From: Candidatus Parcubacteria bacterium
GTDB taxonomy: Bacteria; Patescibacteriota; Minisyncoccia; UBA6257; 2-01-FULL-56-20
Length of the DNA: 64,000 nucleotides
Direction: 5' to 3'
Assembly (NCBI GenBank): GCA_027450205.1
Contig: DAIDJL010000004.1
Span: 75,932 to 139,931 of the forward strand
Made by a program: the position numbers and the translations under genes. The notes under the pieces are model-generated. The model did no database searches. It saw only the letters and a list, made by a program, of their open reading frames with translations, and had not been told where the DNA came from. Of this stretch, positions 37,144-49,370 are shown piece after piece (within the stretch, counting starts at the first letter, position 1; every line of letters begins with the position of its first letter).

Positions 37144-39690
37144 ATGGCCGATGAACTTTCGTTGGACGGGCTTGCAAAGAAAACTTCCGCCGATGTTTTT
37201 GCGGCGCTCGCGACCTCTGAAAAAGGGCTTTCCCCGCAGGAGGCCGCTGCGCGATTAAAGACCTATGGCTTGAACGAGTTTGCGGGGAAGAAAAAACTCC
37301 AGCCGCTTTTTATATTCCTTTCTAAATTCCGGAACCCGCTGCAGATCCTGCTGATCGTCGCGGCGATCATCTCGGGCATTTTGGGATCCCATATCGAGGC
37401 GGTCATCATTTTGGCGATCGTGTTCGGCAGCGCGTTCATCGATTTTCTCAATACATACAAATCGGCGCAGGCGGCAGAGGCATTGCGGGAAAAGGTGACC
37501 ATCACCGCTGCGGTGATCCGCGGCGGTGAATTGAAAGAGCGCAATATGCGCGAGGTGGTACCCGGCGATGTTTTTATCCTCGGGGCGGGGGACCTGGTGC
37601 CCGCCGACGCGATCGTCATAGAAGCAAAAGACCTGTTCCTGAACGAGGGCGTGCTGACGGGGGAGTCGTTACCGGTGGAGAAAACGGCGGATGCGGCCGG
37701 CGGGCGGACGGTGTTCCTTGGTACAAGCGTGGTTTCCGGGAAGGCCACGGCGGTGGCGGTGGCTACTGGTGCGCGCACGAGCGTGGGCACTATAGCGGAT
37801 AAATTGAAGCGTCCGGACGCGCCGACGGAGTTTGAAAAGAATCTCAAGGACTTCAGTATGTTCATTTTCCGGACGACACTATTTTTGGTGCTTGCCGTCA
37901 TTTTATTGAATATTTTCGTGATCCGGCGCGACCCGCTGGAGATATTCATTTTTGCCGTTGCGATCGCGGTCGGGCTCACGCCGGAGCTCCTTCCGCTTAT
38001 TGTCACGAGCAATCTCGCGAAAGGCGCCATTGAGATGTCCAAGAACGGCGTCATCGTCAAAAAATTGGCGGCCATCCATAACTTCGGCGGCGTGGATGTT
38101 CTGTGCACGGACAAGACCGGCACGCTCACCGAGGACCGCATCACGCTCATCAAGTGCGTGGACGCGACGGGCGCGGAGAGCGAGGAGACGAACCTCTGGG
38201 GGTATTTGAGCAGCAAAAATCTGACCGGCGTGCGCGGCGTGCTGGATGATGCGATCGAGAATTTTAAAAAAATGGACGTGAGCGGTTGGGAAAAAGTGGA
38301 CGAAGTGCCGTTCGACGCGGAACGCAAGCTGGAATCGGTGATCGTAAAAAAGGGGAAAGACACGGTGCTGATCGCGAAAGGAGCGCCGGAGGAAATTTTA
38401 AAAATATCGGATCATTACGACGGACATATTAGCGTTACCGGCAAGGCGATCAAGCCTAAAAAAATCACATCCGCATTGCGCGCGAAGATAACCAAAGAGT
38501 ATGAGGCGTTGAGCGCCGACGGTTTTCGCGTGCTTGCGCTCGGCATAAAAGAGGTCGCGCACAAAACAACGCCGTACGATAAAAAAGACGAGGCGGGCAT
38601 CTCGTTCGTCGGATTCCTCGCATTCCTTGATCCGCCTAAAAAAAGTGCAAAGGATACGCTCGCCAAGATGGCGGCGCACAACGTGGCGGTCAAGATCATC
38701 ACAGGGGACAACTATCTGGTGACAAAAAAGATCATGGACGAGATCGGTCTGCCGATCGTCGGGTGGTACAACGGCGATGCCATCGCCGCGATGCACGAGC
38801 ACGAGTTCAAGAAAAAGGTGGAGACGGCGAATGTTTTCACGCGCGTCAATCCGGAGCAGAAGGAGATGATCATCCGGCTCCTGCGCGAGAACGGCCATGT
38901 CGTGGCGTATATGGGCGACGGCGTGAATGACGTGCTCTCCATTAAAGAGGCGGACGTCGGCATCTCGGTTAACAACGCGGTGGATATTGCAAAGGAAACG
39001 GCGGACATCATTCTGCTGCGCAAGGGACTTGGCGAGATCATTGACGGCATTGTGGAGGGCCGCAAAACATTCGCCAACACGTTCAAATACCTGATGATGG
39101 CGCTCTCGTCCAACTTCGGCAACATGTTCAGCATGCCGATCGCGTCCATCTTTTTGCCCTTCTTGCCGATGACCGCACCGCAGATCTTGCTTAACAATTT
39201 TCTTTACGACTCGTCACAGCTCGCGATCCCGTTCGACCGCGTGGATACGGAGTTCCTCGCGCGCCCCAAGAAATTTAATATTGTTTTCATGAAAAAGTTC
39301 ATGTATATCTTCGGGCCGCTGTCGTCGCTTTTCGACTTCGCCACCTTTGGCGTTTTGCTCTATGTATTGCACGTGAACGGCATGGCGTTCCAGACCGGCT
39401 GGTTTCTGGAATCCATCGCCACGCAGACGCTCGTGGTGAACATTATCCGGAGCAAGTTCAACTTCTGGCAGAACGGGGGACCGAGCCGCGCGCTCGTTCT
39501 CGCCACGTTCGGCGCGGTCATGGTCGGCTGGGGTATCACGTACTCGTTCCTCGCGCCGGCGTTCGGCTTTGCGCGGTTCGGGATATATCCGGTGCTGCTC
39601 ATTTTGGCGATCGTCGCCGCGTATCTGTTGCTCGTGGAAGTGGCGAAAAAATATTTTTATAAGAGGTACGAGTATTTAATAGAAAAATAA
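37144..39690 (+). CDS. mgtA: Mg2+-transporting P-type ATPase
   Basis: TGES, AVGLTPE, DKTGT, FLDPPK, GDGVND, SSNFGN. Confidence 0.93.
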   Translation: MADELSLDGLAKKTSADVFAALATSEKGLSPQEAAARLKTYGLNEFAGKKKLQPLFIFLSKFRNPLQILLIVAAIISGILGSHIEAVIILAIVFGSAFIDFLNTYKSAQAAEALREKVTITAAVIRGGELKERNMREVVPGDVFILGAGDLVPADAIVIEAKDLFLNEGVLTGESLPVEKTADAAGGRTVFLGTSVVSGKATAVAVATGARTSVGTIADKLKRPDAPTEFEKNLKDFSMFIFRTTLFLVLAVILLNIFVIRRDPLEIFIFAVAIAVGLTPELLPLIVTSNLAKGAIEMSKNGVIVKKLAAIHNFGGVDVLCTDKTGTLTEDRITLIKCVDATGAESEETNLWGYLSSKNLTGVRGVLDDAIENFKKMDVSGWEKVDEVPFDAERKLESVIVKKGKDTVLIAKGAPEEILKISDHYDGHISVTGKAIKPKKITSALRAKITKEYEALSADGFRVLALGIKEVAHKTTPYDKKDEAGISFVGFLAFLDPPKKSAKDTLAKMAAHNVAVKIITGDNYLVTKKIMDEIGLPIVGWYNGDAIAAMHEHEFKKKVETANVFTRVNPEQKEMIIRLLRENGHVVAYMGDGVNDVLSIKEADVGISVNNAVDIAKETADIILLRKGLGEIIDGIVEGRKTFANTFKYLMMALSSNFGNMFSMPIASIFLPFLPMTAPQILLNNFLYDSSQLAIPFDRVDTEFLARPKKFNIVFMKKFMYIFGPLSSLFDFATFGVLLYVLHVNGMAFQTGWFLESIATQTLVVNIIRSKFNFWQNGGPSRALVLATFGAVMVGWGITYSFLAPAFGFARFGIYPVLLILAIVAAYLLLVEVAKKYFYKRYEYLIEK

Positions 39691-39812
39691 AAAGTGTAGC
39701 AATCTGCCACTTATAACAATTTATATAGGCAAGCTTGTGTCCCGTCCACGTGGAATAGAAAGACGTGTGCCGACGGAGCTCTTGTAATGAGGGCTCCGTT
39801 TGTTTTTATCCT

Positions 39813-40289
39813 TTATTTTCCGATATTCTTCTCCAGCGTCTCGCCCACGTTCAGCCGCCGCAGTAAGTATAAAAGTATTGCGATCATCACTGCCGCTGCG
39901 AACGCGAACTGCGTGAGCCCGACGCCGACGAGCGTGCCGATCGCGGCCGCGGTCCAGATGAGCGCCGCCGTCGTGACGCCGTGCGGATGACTGTCCGTTT
40001 TTATGATGAGCCCCGCGCCAAGGAAACCGATGCCGACCACGATGTTCGCGATCATCGTAAGGAAGCCGCTGTTGCGCGCGATGACGTCGGAAAGATTCCC
40101 GGTCTGCGCTGAAACGATGTAGGGGAGCGCGAGCGCGATCATGGAAAAGATCGCCGCGCCGCTCGTGACGAGCATCGTCGTGCGTACGCCGGCCGCCTCC
40201 TTGCCTACCAGTTCGCGCTCCAGCCCGAGCAGCGCACCCAGCACGAGCGCGATCGCGAACCGGGCGAACATTTGTTCAAACGTCAACAT
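39813..40289 (-). CDS. MgtC/SapB family protein
   Basis: LGLERE, AGVRT, VGIGFLGAG, GVTTAALIW. Confidence 0.9.
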   Translation of the reverse strand: MLTFEQMFARFAIALVLGALLGLERELVGKEAAGVRTTMLVTSGAAIFSMIALALPYIVSAQTGNLSDVIARNSGFLTMIANIVVGIGFLGAGLIIKTDSHPHGVTTAALIWTAAAIGTLVGVGLTQFAFAAAVMIAILLYLLRRLNVGETLEKNIGK

Positions 40290-40312
40290 TGTATTAATAT
40301 TAGCATAATCAT

Positions 40313-41716
40313 ATGAAAGAACGGACATACATTGGGGATTTGGCAGGCCACGTCGGTGAGGAGGTCACGATAAAAGGCTGGGTGGATGTCCGGCGGGATC
40401 AGGGCAAGCTCATTTTTTTTGATTTTCGCGATATGACGGGATATGTGCAGGGAGTTATTCTCCCCGCCGCTGCGGAGGCGCATGCGGTCGGTTCGAAACT
40501 TCGCCCGGAGTGGGTGGTGGAGGTGCGCGGAAAAGTGAACAAGCGTCCCGATAAAAATATCCAGGCAGAAAAGCAGAATGGCGACGTCGAGCTTGAAATT
40601 CTTTCCATTACCGTTTTGAACGAGGCCGAGACGCCGCCATTCGATGTTTCCGGCGACGGCCGCGACATCAGCGAGGACATCCGGCTGAAGTATCGTTATC
40701 TCGACCTGCGCCGGCCGCGGCTCCAGCGGAACATTCGCATGCGCGACAAGATCATTTCGTTCTTCCGCGACTACATGCATAAAAACAATTTCGTGGAGAT
40801 CGAAACGCCGATCCTCATGAAGGGTACGCCGGAAGGTTCGCGCGAGTATATCGTCCCGTCGCGCCTGGAGCAGGGAAAGTTCTACGCGCTTCCGCAGTCG
40901 CCGCAGCAATTCAAACAGCTTTCGATGGTGGCGGGATTTGAGCGCTACTTCCAGATTGCGCGGTGCATGCGCGACGAAGACACGCGCGGCGATCGCCAGC
41001 CGGAGTTCACTCAGCTCGATTTTGAGATGTCGTTCGTCGAGCAGGAAGATATTTTGCAATTTACCGAAGCGATGTTCGTGGAGATGGTGAAGGCGCTTTT
41101 CCCGGAAAAACATATTTCTACGATGCCGTTCCCGAGGGTCACCTTTAAGGAATCAATGGAGAAGTACGGCAACGATAAGCCCGATATGCGCAAAGACAAG
41201 AACGATCCGAACGAGCTGGCGTTCGCGTGGGTCATTGATTTCCCGATGTTTGAGAAGGCCGATGACGGCACTATCCAGGCCGCGCATCATCCGTTCTGCT
41301 CCATAAAAGAGGAAGATGTGGATAAGTTCATGAAAGGCGAGGATCTGTTCAGTATCCGCGCAAATTCATACGATCTCGTTTTGAACGGTTACGAGCTGAG
41401 CTCCGGTAGTATCCGTATCCACAAGGCCGACATGCAGCAAAAAGTTTTTGAACTGTTGAACATCAACCCCGAGATGCAGCAGAGAAAGTTTGGGCATATG
41501 CTTCAAGCGTTCAAATACGGTGCGCCGCCGCACGGCGGATTCGCTCCGGGCATCGACCGTACCGTGATGCTTTTAATGAACGAGCCGAACATCCGCGAGG
41601 TCATTCCGTTTCCGAAGACCGGCGAGGGAAAAGATCTTATGATGGGTTCGCCGTCGGAAGTGGACAAGAAGCAGTTGGATGAGCTAGGATTGGAAATAAA
41701 AATTAATAAAAAATAA
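40313..41716 (+). CDS. aspS: Aspartate--tRNA ligase (short, no GAD insertion)
   Basis: RLKYRYLDLR, TPEGSREY, LPQSPQQFKQ, RDED, GAPPHGG. Confidence 0.95.
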   Translation: MKERTYIGDLAGHVGEEVTIKGWVDVRRDQGKLIFFDFRDMTGYVQGVILPAAAEAHAVGSKLRPEWVVEVRGKVNKRPDKNIQAEKQNGDVELEILSITVLNEAETPPFDVSGDGRDISEDIRLKYRYLDLRRPRLQRNIRMRDKIISFFRDYMHKNNFVEIETPILMKGTPEGSREYIVPSRLEQGKFYALPQSPQQFKQLSMVAGFERYFQIARCMRDEDTRGDRQPEFTQLDFEMSFVEQEDILQFTEAMFVEMVKALFPEKHISTMPFPRVTFKESMEKYGNDKPDMRKDKNDPNELAFAWVIDFPMFEKADDGTIQAAHHPFCSIKEEDVDKFMKGEDLFSIRANSYDLVLNGYELSSGSIRIHKADMQQKVFELLNINPEMQQRKFGHMLQAFKYGAPPHGGFAPGIDRTVMLLMNEPNIREVIPFPKTGEGKDLMMGSPSEVDKKQLDELGLEIKINKK

Positions 41717-41718
41717 CC

Positions 41719-42213
41719 ATGGAAAGATCATTGGTGTTGCTTAAGCCGGATGCGCTGGATCGCGGGATCGTGGGAGAGATCATCCAGCGTTTCGAGCGCG
41801 CGGGAATAAAGATCGTCGGGCTTAAGATGGTGGTGGCCAATGAGGAGACCGCGAAGAAACACTATACGGAAGATCTTGCCGTCCGGCGCGGGGAGGCCGT
41901 CCGGAACCTTATGATCAGTATGATCTCGTCGGGTCCGATCATCGCGCTTGCGCTTGAAGGTGTGGAGGTGGTGGAGGTGGTGCGCAAGATGGTGGGCGCG
42001 ACCGAGCCGAAATCGGCGGCGCCGGGAACGATCCGCGGCGATTTTGCGCACGTCTCATTCAAACATGCGGACGAGCACAAAATGGGCGTTTTCAATCTCA
42101 TTCATGCATCGGGCTCAAAAGAAGAAGGCGAGACGGAGGTTGCGGTGTGGTTCAAGCCGGAAGAGCTGGTTTCGCACAATCCTTCCTACACGAGCATCAC
42201 GTTGAAACAATGA
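41719..42213 (+). CDS. ndk: Nucleoside diphosphate kinase
   Basis: LKPDA, PGTIRGDF, NLIHAS. Confidence 0.95.
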   Translation: MERSLVLLKPDALDRGIVGEIIQRFERAGIKIVGLKMVVANEETAKKHYTEDLAVRRGEAVRNLMISMISSGPIIALALEGVEVVEVVRKMVGATEPKSAAPGTIRGDFAHVSFKHADEHKMGVFNLIHASGSKEEGETEVAVWFKPEELVSHNPSYTSITLKQ

Positions 42214-42223
42214 TCGGTCCGCG

Positions 42224-42694
42224 ATGAAGCAAACCAATATTTGCTTCCTGCTGAAAGACGGGTGGGTTCTTCTTGGAATGAAGAAACGGGGTTTTGGCAT
42301 GGGAAAGTGGAATGGGTTTGGCGGGAAGGTAAAGGATGATGAAGATGTAAAGATCGCCGTTATACGGGAAATAAAAGAAGAGGTCGGCGTGGATGTCGCT
42401 ATTGATGACCTAAAGGAGATGGGAACACTCGATTTCCGCTTTCAGGCAGCTCCCGATTGGGACAATTTCTGTCATATTTTTATCGCCACCGCGTGGTCGG
42501 GCGAACCTTCCGAATCCGAAGAAATGCGTCCGCAATGGTACGGGATGGATAAATTACCGTTCGATTCGATGTGGGTCGACGATCCGTATTGGGTACCGCT
42601 CGTGCTTTCGGGAAAAAAAATAAAAGGCAGATTCCTTTTTGATGACAGCGGAAAGGAGATCCTTAATTTTGCGGTCTCCGAGGTTCACCCATAA
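42224..42694 (+). CDS. 8-oxo-dGTP diphosphatase (NUDT1/MTH1-like Nudix)
   Basis: KKRGFGMGKWNGFGGK, REIKEEVG, ESEEMRPQW, MWVDD. Confidence 0.88.
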   Translation: MKQTNICFLLKDGWVLLGMKKRGFGMGKWNGFGGKVKDDEDVKIAVIREIKEEVGVDVAIDDLKEMGTLDFRFQAAPDWDNFCHIFIATAWSGEPSESEEMRPQWYGMDKLPFDSMWVDDPYWVPLVLSGKKIKGRFLFDDSGKEILNFAVSEVHP

Positions 42695-42729
42695 GGATCC
42701 GCCTTCTTGGATGCTCCTTGCCCTCCATA

Positions 42730-43458
42730 TTATTTTTGTTGTTGATCAAATGCCTTTACGATCGGATCGAACTCGCCCTCCAAAATTTTCTCAATATTGT
42801 GCCATTTCTTGCCGATGCGGTGATCGGTGATGCGGTCATCGGGGAAGTTGTAGGTGCGGATCTTTTCGGAGCGGTCGGCGGAGCCGATCTGGTCGCGGCG
42901 GGTTTCGGCGATGTTGCCGCTCGCGCGGACCTGCTCAATCTCGTAGAGCTTGGCGCGCAAAACATCCATTGCCTTTTCGCGGTTCGCGTATTGTGAGCGC
43001 TCCTCGCGCGAGGCGACGACGATGCCGGTGGGCTTGTGCAATATCCGCACCGCGGTCTCCACTTTGTTGACGTTCTGGCCGCCCGGCCCGCCGGCGCGCG
43101 AGAATGTCACCTCAAGGTCGTTTGGCGAGATATTCACCTCGCGCGCTTCCACGATCGGAAGAATTGCCACGGAAGCCGTAGACGTGTGTACACGCCCCGC
43201 TTTCTCTGTTTTTGGGATCCGTTGCACGCGATGGACGCCGGACTCGTGCTTAAGCGCCTCGTAGCACCCTTCACCCCTTACTTCGGCGGTGAGGCTCTTG
43301 TATCCCTGATTGTTCTCGCTGGAATCGAGGATTGAAAAGTTCCAGCCGCGCTTTGCCGCATAGCGTTGGTACATGCGCGCCAGGTCGCCGGCGAAAATAG
43401 AGGCTTCATCACCGCCGGCTCCGGCCCGTATCTCTATAATGATCTTATTGGTGGTCAT
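42730..43458 (-). CDS. prfA: Peptide chain release factor 1, N-terminally short
   Basis: [14 protein letters not shown] recognition motif, GGQ, IRTYNF. Confidence 0.9.
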   Translation of the reverse strand: MTTNKIIIEIRAGAGGDEASIFAGDLARMYQRYAAKRGWNFSILDSSENNQGYKSLTAEVRGEGCYEALKHESGVHRVQRIPKTEKAGRVHTSTASVAILPIVEAREVNISPNDLEVTFSRAGGPGGQNVNKVETAVRILHKPTGIVVASREERSQYANREKAMDVLRAKLYEIEQVRASGNIAETRRDQIGSADRSEKIRTYNFPDDRITDHRIGKKWHNIEKILEGEFDPIVKAFDQQQK

Positions 43459-43512
43459 GGTGTTGTGGATTTCTATTTTTTCTCTGAATTATGGTATCAT
43501 AATAATACAGCA

Positions 43513-43902
43513 ATGGAACAAAAGCCACTCATTTTAGTAGTTGATGACGAGGAATCGTTTCGGGAGATCTTCAGTATGAAGCTCGTTGCGGATGGTTTTC
43601 GCGTGGAAACCGCAGAGAACGGGGAGACGGCGCTAATGAAAGCAAAAGAGATCAAGCCCGATTTGATCCTTATGGATGTTCGTATGCCGGTGATGGACGG
43701 ACCGACCGCGGTGCTTAAGCTTCGCGACGATCCGGAGATAAAAGATATCAGGGTGGCGTTCCTTACGAGCCTTGGTGATCCGCGCCAGGAGATGCAGGAG
43801 ATGAATGGCAAGTTTGCCCAAGATTTCGGCGTGCAGGGATATTTACGAAAGACCGACGACCTTGATCTTTTAAAGGAGCGCGTCAAGGCATTTCTTCAAT
43901 GA
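43513..43902 (+). CDS. Single-domain response regulator
   Basis: LVVDDE, PDLILMDVRMP. Confidence 0.9.
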   Translation: MEQKPLILVVDDEESFREIFSMKLVADGFRVETAENGETALMKAKEIKPDLILMDVRMPVMDGPTAVLKLRDDPEIKDIRVAFLTSLGDPRQEMQEMNGKFAQDFGVQGYLRKTDDLDLLKERVKAFLQ

Positions 43903-44294
43903 GGGAGAAGCCGCTGATCCTTGTCGTCGATGACGAGAATGATCTCCGGGAGATCATATCAACAAAGCTTACCGCATCTGGTTTCGATGCGGTGGTTGCG
44001 TATAATGCGGCGGAGGCGGTTGATGCGGCGAAAAAGATCCACCCGGACCTTATTTTGATGGATATCCACATGCCTGGCCCTTCGGGAACCGATGCCGCTC
44101 TTCAGATCAAACAGGATCCGCAGACGGAAGATATCAAAATCGCATTCTTCAGCAACCTTAAGGATCCGTGGCCGCAGACGATGGCGCCACGCGATAATCT
44201 TACGAAGGCTTTGGGGATGGAAGACTTTATTGATAAGACCGAAGATCTTGATATCACCGTTTCAAAAGTAAAAGAGATCCTCGCGCGAAAATAA
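43899..44294 (+). CDS. Single-domain response regulator
   Basis: LVVDDE, PDLILMDIHMP; paralog of the upstream gene. Confidence 0.9.
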   Translation: MREKPLILVVDDENDLREIISTKLTASGFDAVVAYNAAEAVDAAKKIHPDLILMDIHMPGPSGTDAALQIKQDPQTEDIKIAFFSNLKDPWPQTMAPRDNLTKALGMEDFIDKTEDLDITVSKVKEILARK

Positions 44295-44330
44295 AAAAAT
44301 ACCCCGCCGGCAATGGCGGGGTATTTTTTT
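44295..44330. terminator. Bidirectional terminator
   Basis: AAAAAATACCCCGCC-GGCAAT-GGCGGGGTATTTTTT. Confidence 0.85.
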
Positions 44331-44335
44331 ATCCC

Positions 44336-44578
44336 TTATTGTTTTTTTACGCGAACCTTCTTCGGCTTCGGCTCAACCTTGGCGGCGCGGCGTGACTTGA
44401 ACTTCTCCACGCGTCCCGCGATGTCCATCAGTTTCTCTTCGCCGGTATAGAACGGATGGCATTGCGCGCAAATTTCGACGCGGATCTCCTCCTGGGTGGC
44501 GCCCGTCACGAACGTGTTGCCGCAGGCGCAGATGACCGTTGCCTTGGGGAAATATTTCGGATGAATATCTGTTTTCAT
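44336..44578 (-). CDS. rpmE: 50S ribosomal protein L31
   Basis: [23 protein letters not shown]. Confidence 0.95.
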   Translation of the reverse strand: MKTDIHPKYFPKATVICACGNTFVTGATQEEIRVEICAQCHPFYTGEEKLMDIAGRVEKFKSRRAAKVEPKPKKVRVKKQ

Positions 44579-44673
44579 GATGGTGTTCATTATATGCGAT
44601 AAAAATCGGTTAGTCAAATAAAGTGAATGGCCTCTCGGGGAGAGGCCATTGCGGGAGTCTGCGCGGCTCCTGC

Positions 44674-44841
44674 CTAAAAAAACTTGCCGGTCACCAGACC
44701 GTATGCCGTCAGGATAGCCACAATGATAAACCCGATGACGATGATTTTTTTTCCGACACGGAGGAACCGAGCATTTTGGAGCTCCTCCTCCGACATTTCT
44801 GCAGGCGCCTGCGGCGGGTCTACTTTTCCCTGATAGATCAT
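44674..44841 (-). CDS. 55-aa single-TM small protein (solo cassette)
   Basis: AAGGAGG SD, C-terminal TM, downstream hairpin 44626-44650. Confidence 0.55.
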   Translation of the reverse strand: MIYQGKVDPPQAPAEMSEEELQNARFLRVGKKIIVIGFIIVAILTAYGLVTGKFF

Positions 44842-44897
44842 GTGATCGCCCTCCTTAGGCGATAGCTGAAGCAATAGTAACATATATTATATAGTTT

Positions 44898-44992
44898 TGT
44901 CAATAGCACCAGTGCTGGCGCGGCGGGCAGGGTTCCCCGGCTCCAGGCAGATGACCGTTCGCCGGGGAACCCCGCCCGCCGCGCTATTGACA
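44898..44992. repeat. Long GC-rich palindrome with outward-facing TTGACA boxes
   Basis: TGTCAATAGC...GCTATTGACA ends; inner GCGCGGCGGGC..GGGTTCCCCGGC / GCCGGGGAACCC..GCCCGCCGCGC. Confidence 0.85.
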
Positions 44993-45187
44993 CCGTCCCA
45001 GCGTTTGCTACAATGGACCTCGTTGTATCGAGCTGCCCCTTCACAATTGAAATGGTAAGATAACCAAAAGAGAGAGTTTTTTAGTTGTCCCAATTTATTC
45101 TTTTTGGCAACGTTAAGAAGTAATCAAATGTTGCAACAATAAAATTAGGATCAACGTCCAAAGTTTTTGAGACTTTGGACGATATCT

Positions 45188-46748
<1,561 letters not shown>

Positions 46749-46869
46749 ACTATTTGGATAAATAGTAACAGTCGAACTTTCTTCTCTTTGGCCGGCGATC
46801 GATCGCAGGCGAAAGCGAGGGAGGTAATTGGGACAACTAAAAAGCTCTTTGTATGCTAGAATGAATACT

Positions 46870-47247
46870 ATGGCAGATTCGTTAAAAAAGATCATGATCA
46901 TCGAGGACGACCATTTTTTGTCGTCGCTTATGAAAGCCCGTCTTGAGAAGGAGGGATTCATGGTTGTGCAGGCCTTCGATGGCGAAGAGGCATTGCAAAT
47001 GCTCAAGGCTGAAATACCGGCGCTGGTCATCCTGGATCTCATCATGCCGAAGGTCACGGGATTCGAAGTGCTGCAGATGATCTCGATCACTCCGCAGCTG
47101 GATAAAGTGCCTGTCGTGATCGTGAGCAATCTTGCCCAGGATTCCGATATCGAGAAGGCTCGTCAGCTCGGCGCACGGGAATATTTCATAAAGGTGAAAA
47201 TATCCATAGACGACCTTGTTGGCAAAATTAAAAGTTTGGTGGTATAG
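46870..47247 (+). CDS. Single-domain response regulator
   Basis: [16 protein letters not shown]. Confidence 0.9.
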   Translation: MADSLKKIMIIEDDHFLSSLMKARLEKEGFMVVQAFDGEEALQMLKAEIPALVILDLIMPKVTGFEVLQMISITPQLDKVPVVIVSNLAQDSDIEKARQLGAREYFIKVKISIDDLVGKIKSLVV

Positions 47248-47275
47248 TCTTCGAACAAAACATTCATACAAGAAA

Positions 47276-47578
47276 ATGATCTCAGAAGAAATCCTCAAAA
47301 AAATAAAACCTGGGGCGAAAGTGAAGGTATACGAGGGCAAGACCCCGTTTGCCGGTTTGGTGATCGCCCGCAAGCATGGTTCCGAGCCGGGTGCAACGTT
47401 CACGGTGCGTACCGTTCTTGCCGGTGTCGGCGTGGAGAAGGTCTATCCCATCCATTCGCCGTCCATCATCAAGATCGAGGTTTCCTCGAGCCCAAAGAAA
47501 GTGCATCGCGCAAAACTGTACTTTGTTCGCAAGGCATCCGCTTCGCGGATCCGGCAGAAGCTGGATGTGTCGATGTAA
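47276..47578 (+). CDS. rplS: 50S ribosomal protein L19
   Basis: [27 protein letters not shown]. Confidence 0.92.
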   Translation: MISEEILKKIKPGAKVKVYEGKTPFAGLVIARKHGSEPGATFTVRTVLAGVGVEKVYPIHSPSIIKIEVSSSPKKVHRAKLYFVRKASASRIRQKLDVSM

Positions 47579-47657
47579 AAAATAAATCGCGTAGCCTTTT
47601 CGCTCGTGCGAAGATGAATTCGTTCAAGGGCCAACCGGTTTATTTTTTTTACCTCAT

Positions 47658-48782
47658 TCAATCAATGGTGTCCGTGATAAGCGGCGGCGTGGAGCTGACG
47701 ATCACGACATTAAAGCGCAGTTGTCCCACGAGCTGGCCGGTCGGCAGTTTGACATTCACGCGCCACGCACCTGCGGTGATGTTTCCCACAAGGGAAAACG
47801 TGCGCCAGCCCTGACTGCCGCCGCCGGTCGTAGGAAGCACGATGCGCCCACGCGTGACCCATGCTTTTTGCGCGGGATCATAGGTTTGCCATTCATGGAT
47901 GACGCTGGTATTGAATGCAGTAGGGGAGAAGATGGCAGTATATGCATAGAGCGTCGCACCGGGTTGGACGTGAATGGTCGGGCTCCATTCAAAGAACGAG
48001 AGCCATCCCTGATTTTCCGCTTGCGCGGTATAGTTGCCGGGGCTGTTCACAGTAAACGATTGATAGATGCCGGCGTCCTTGAGCGAGATCGGCAATGGCG
48101 GGATAAGGTTCGCAAAATAGAGCGCATTTACGGTGACGAGGACGCCAGCGATGGAAAGTCCTGCTACCCACTTCGTCTTTTTGGGAAATGGTTCGCGCGA
48201 AAATATTTTAAGCACGCCGGCGAACGCGCCGATCGCGGCCAGTGCCACTGCGCCGCTCAAAAGGAATATCCCATGGTTGATCGCGTGGAAAAAGATCGGC
48301 AGGAGATAGATTGCGAACGCGTAATATGAAAGAAAGATGAGCGAGAGCTGGAACGCGAGCCGTGCGTAGTGCCGTTTGAACCGCTCGTTTGCAATGAACG
48401 CGGCGGCGAGGAGCGCAAGGAACGGCCAGCTGGAAACGATCGTGCCGCTTCGGAAGTAGAAGACGAGGAACGTGCTGAAGATGCCGCCGAAGAAGAACTG
48501 CATCACGTTCACCAGCCAGAAGTGCAGTTTCTCCGGATTCTCTTCGCCGCCGGGCTCGTTCTCTATAAGGTGGATGAGCAGTGCGCAAACCGTCACGATT
48601 GCAAGGTGTCCGACCACCCAGAAGTTTTCCCAGAACTCGTCCACGCGGGTGAGCGTTACCGCGTCGAATACGAATCCGGCGATAAGCGAGAGAGAAGAGA
48701 ACGGACCTTCGATACGCGCGTAGAAATGGCGTGCGTGGGTGAGGAGGTTTTTCTTTTTCGGTGTATCGGATGTGTCGGGCAT
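47658..48782 (-). CDS. DUF2914-domain membrane protein
   Basis: QFFFGG, NLIPPLPISLK, TAIFSP, HEW, GAWRV. Confidence 0.75.
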   Translation of the reverse strand: MPDTSDTPKKKNLLTHARHFYARIEGPFSSLSLIAGFVFDAVTLTRVDEFWENFWVVGHLAIVTVCALLIHLIENEPGGEENPEKLHFWLVNVMQFFFGGIFSTFLVFYFRSGTIVSSWPFLALLAAAFIANERFKRHYARLAFQLSLIFLSYYAFAIYLLPIFFHAINHGIFLLSGAVALAAIGAFAGVLKIFSREPFPKKTKWVAGLSIAGVLVTVNALYFANLIPPLPISLKDAGIYQSFTVNSPGNYTAQAENQGWLSFFEWSPTIHVQPGATLYAYTAIFSPTAFNTSVIHEWQTYDPAQKAWVTRGRIVLPTTGGGSQGWRTFSLVGNITAGAWRVNVKLPTGQLVGQLRFNVVIVSSTPPLITDTID

Positions 48783-48979
48783 GTATAGATATAGGATACC
48801 GCGTTTTAATGATTTTTTAATTGGCGATCTAATCTGCGAAACAAAATATGCGAAAGCCGAGACATTGAAATTATTGCTAAAGATGTATTATAATCCCGAA
48901 GTGGTTTGTCTATCTCGAAAGCGCGATAAGATAGAAAAAGCGTTGGCGGTGGAAGGGTATCACTTGTTTTCTTAAAAAT

Positions 48980-49060
48980 GCGCGGGTGGCGAAATGGCAG
49001 ACGCACTACCTTGAGGTGGTAGCGCCGAAAGGCGTGGAGGTTCGACTCCTCTCCCGCGCA
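48980..49060 (+). tRNA. tRNA-Leu(GAG)
   Basis: Cloverleaf with long variable arm; CTACC-TTGAGGT-GGTAG; GGTTCGACTCC; no encoded CCA. Confidence 0.95.
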
Positions 49061-49370
49061 CAAAATAAAAAGCTACAGCGGTTTCTCAAAAATCATCCAG
49101 GCATGCCTCCCAGATAATTTTGCGCTGTAGCTATCTCCTCCCCAGGGCTTCGAGGTACTGAATTGATAGGCAATCAACGGCGATGGATCGCCAGAGGGCG
49201 GAAAAGGAGGTTGGCCACCCCGATTCTCATCGTTCTTTATCATCACGAAGTCCTAAATGTTTTATACTCCAGAGTTCGAACATCGTCCAATCTGGCGTAC
49301 TGGAAAAAAAGAAAGCCCCGCACAGATGATGCTCGTGCGGAGCTTTTCTGTTGCGGGGTCGAGAAAATAT

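Noticed and set aside
44917-44984. SRP (4.5S) RNA call for the GC hairpin
   Set aside because: No GNRA tetraloop with the CAGG/AGCA internal-loop motif on either strand.
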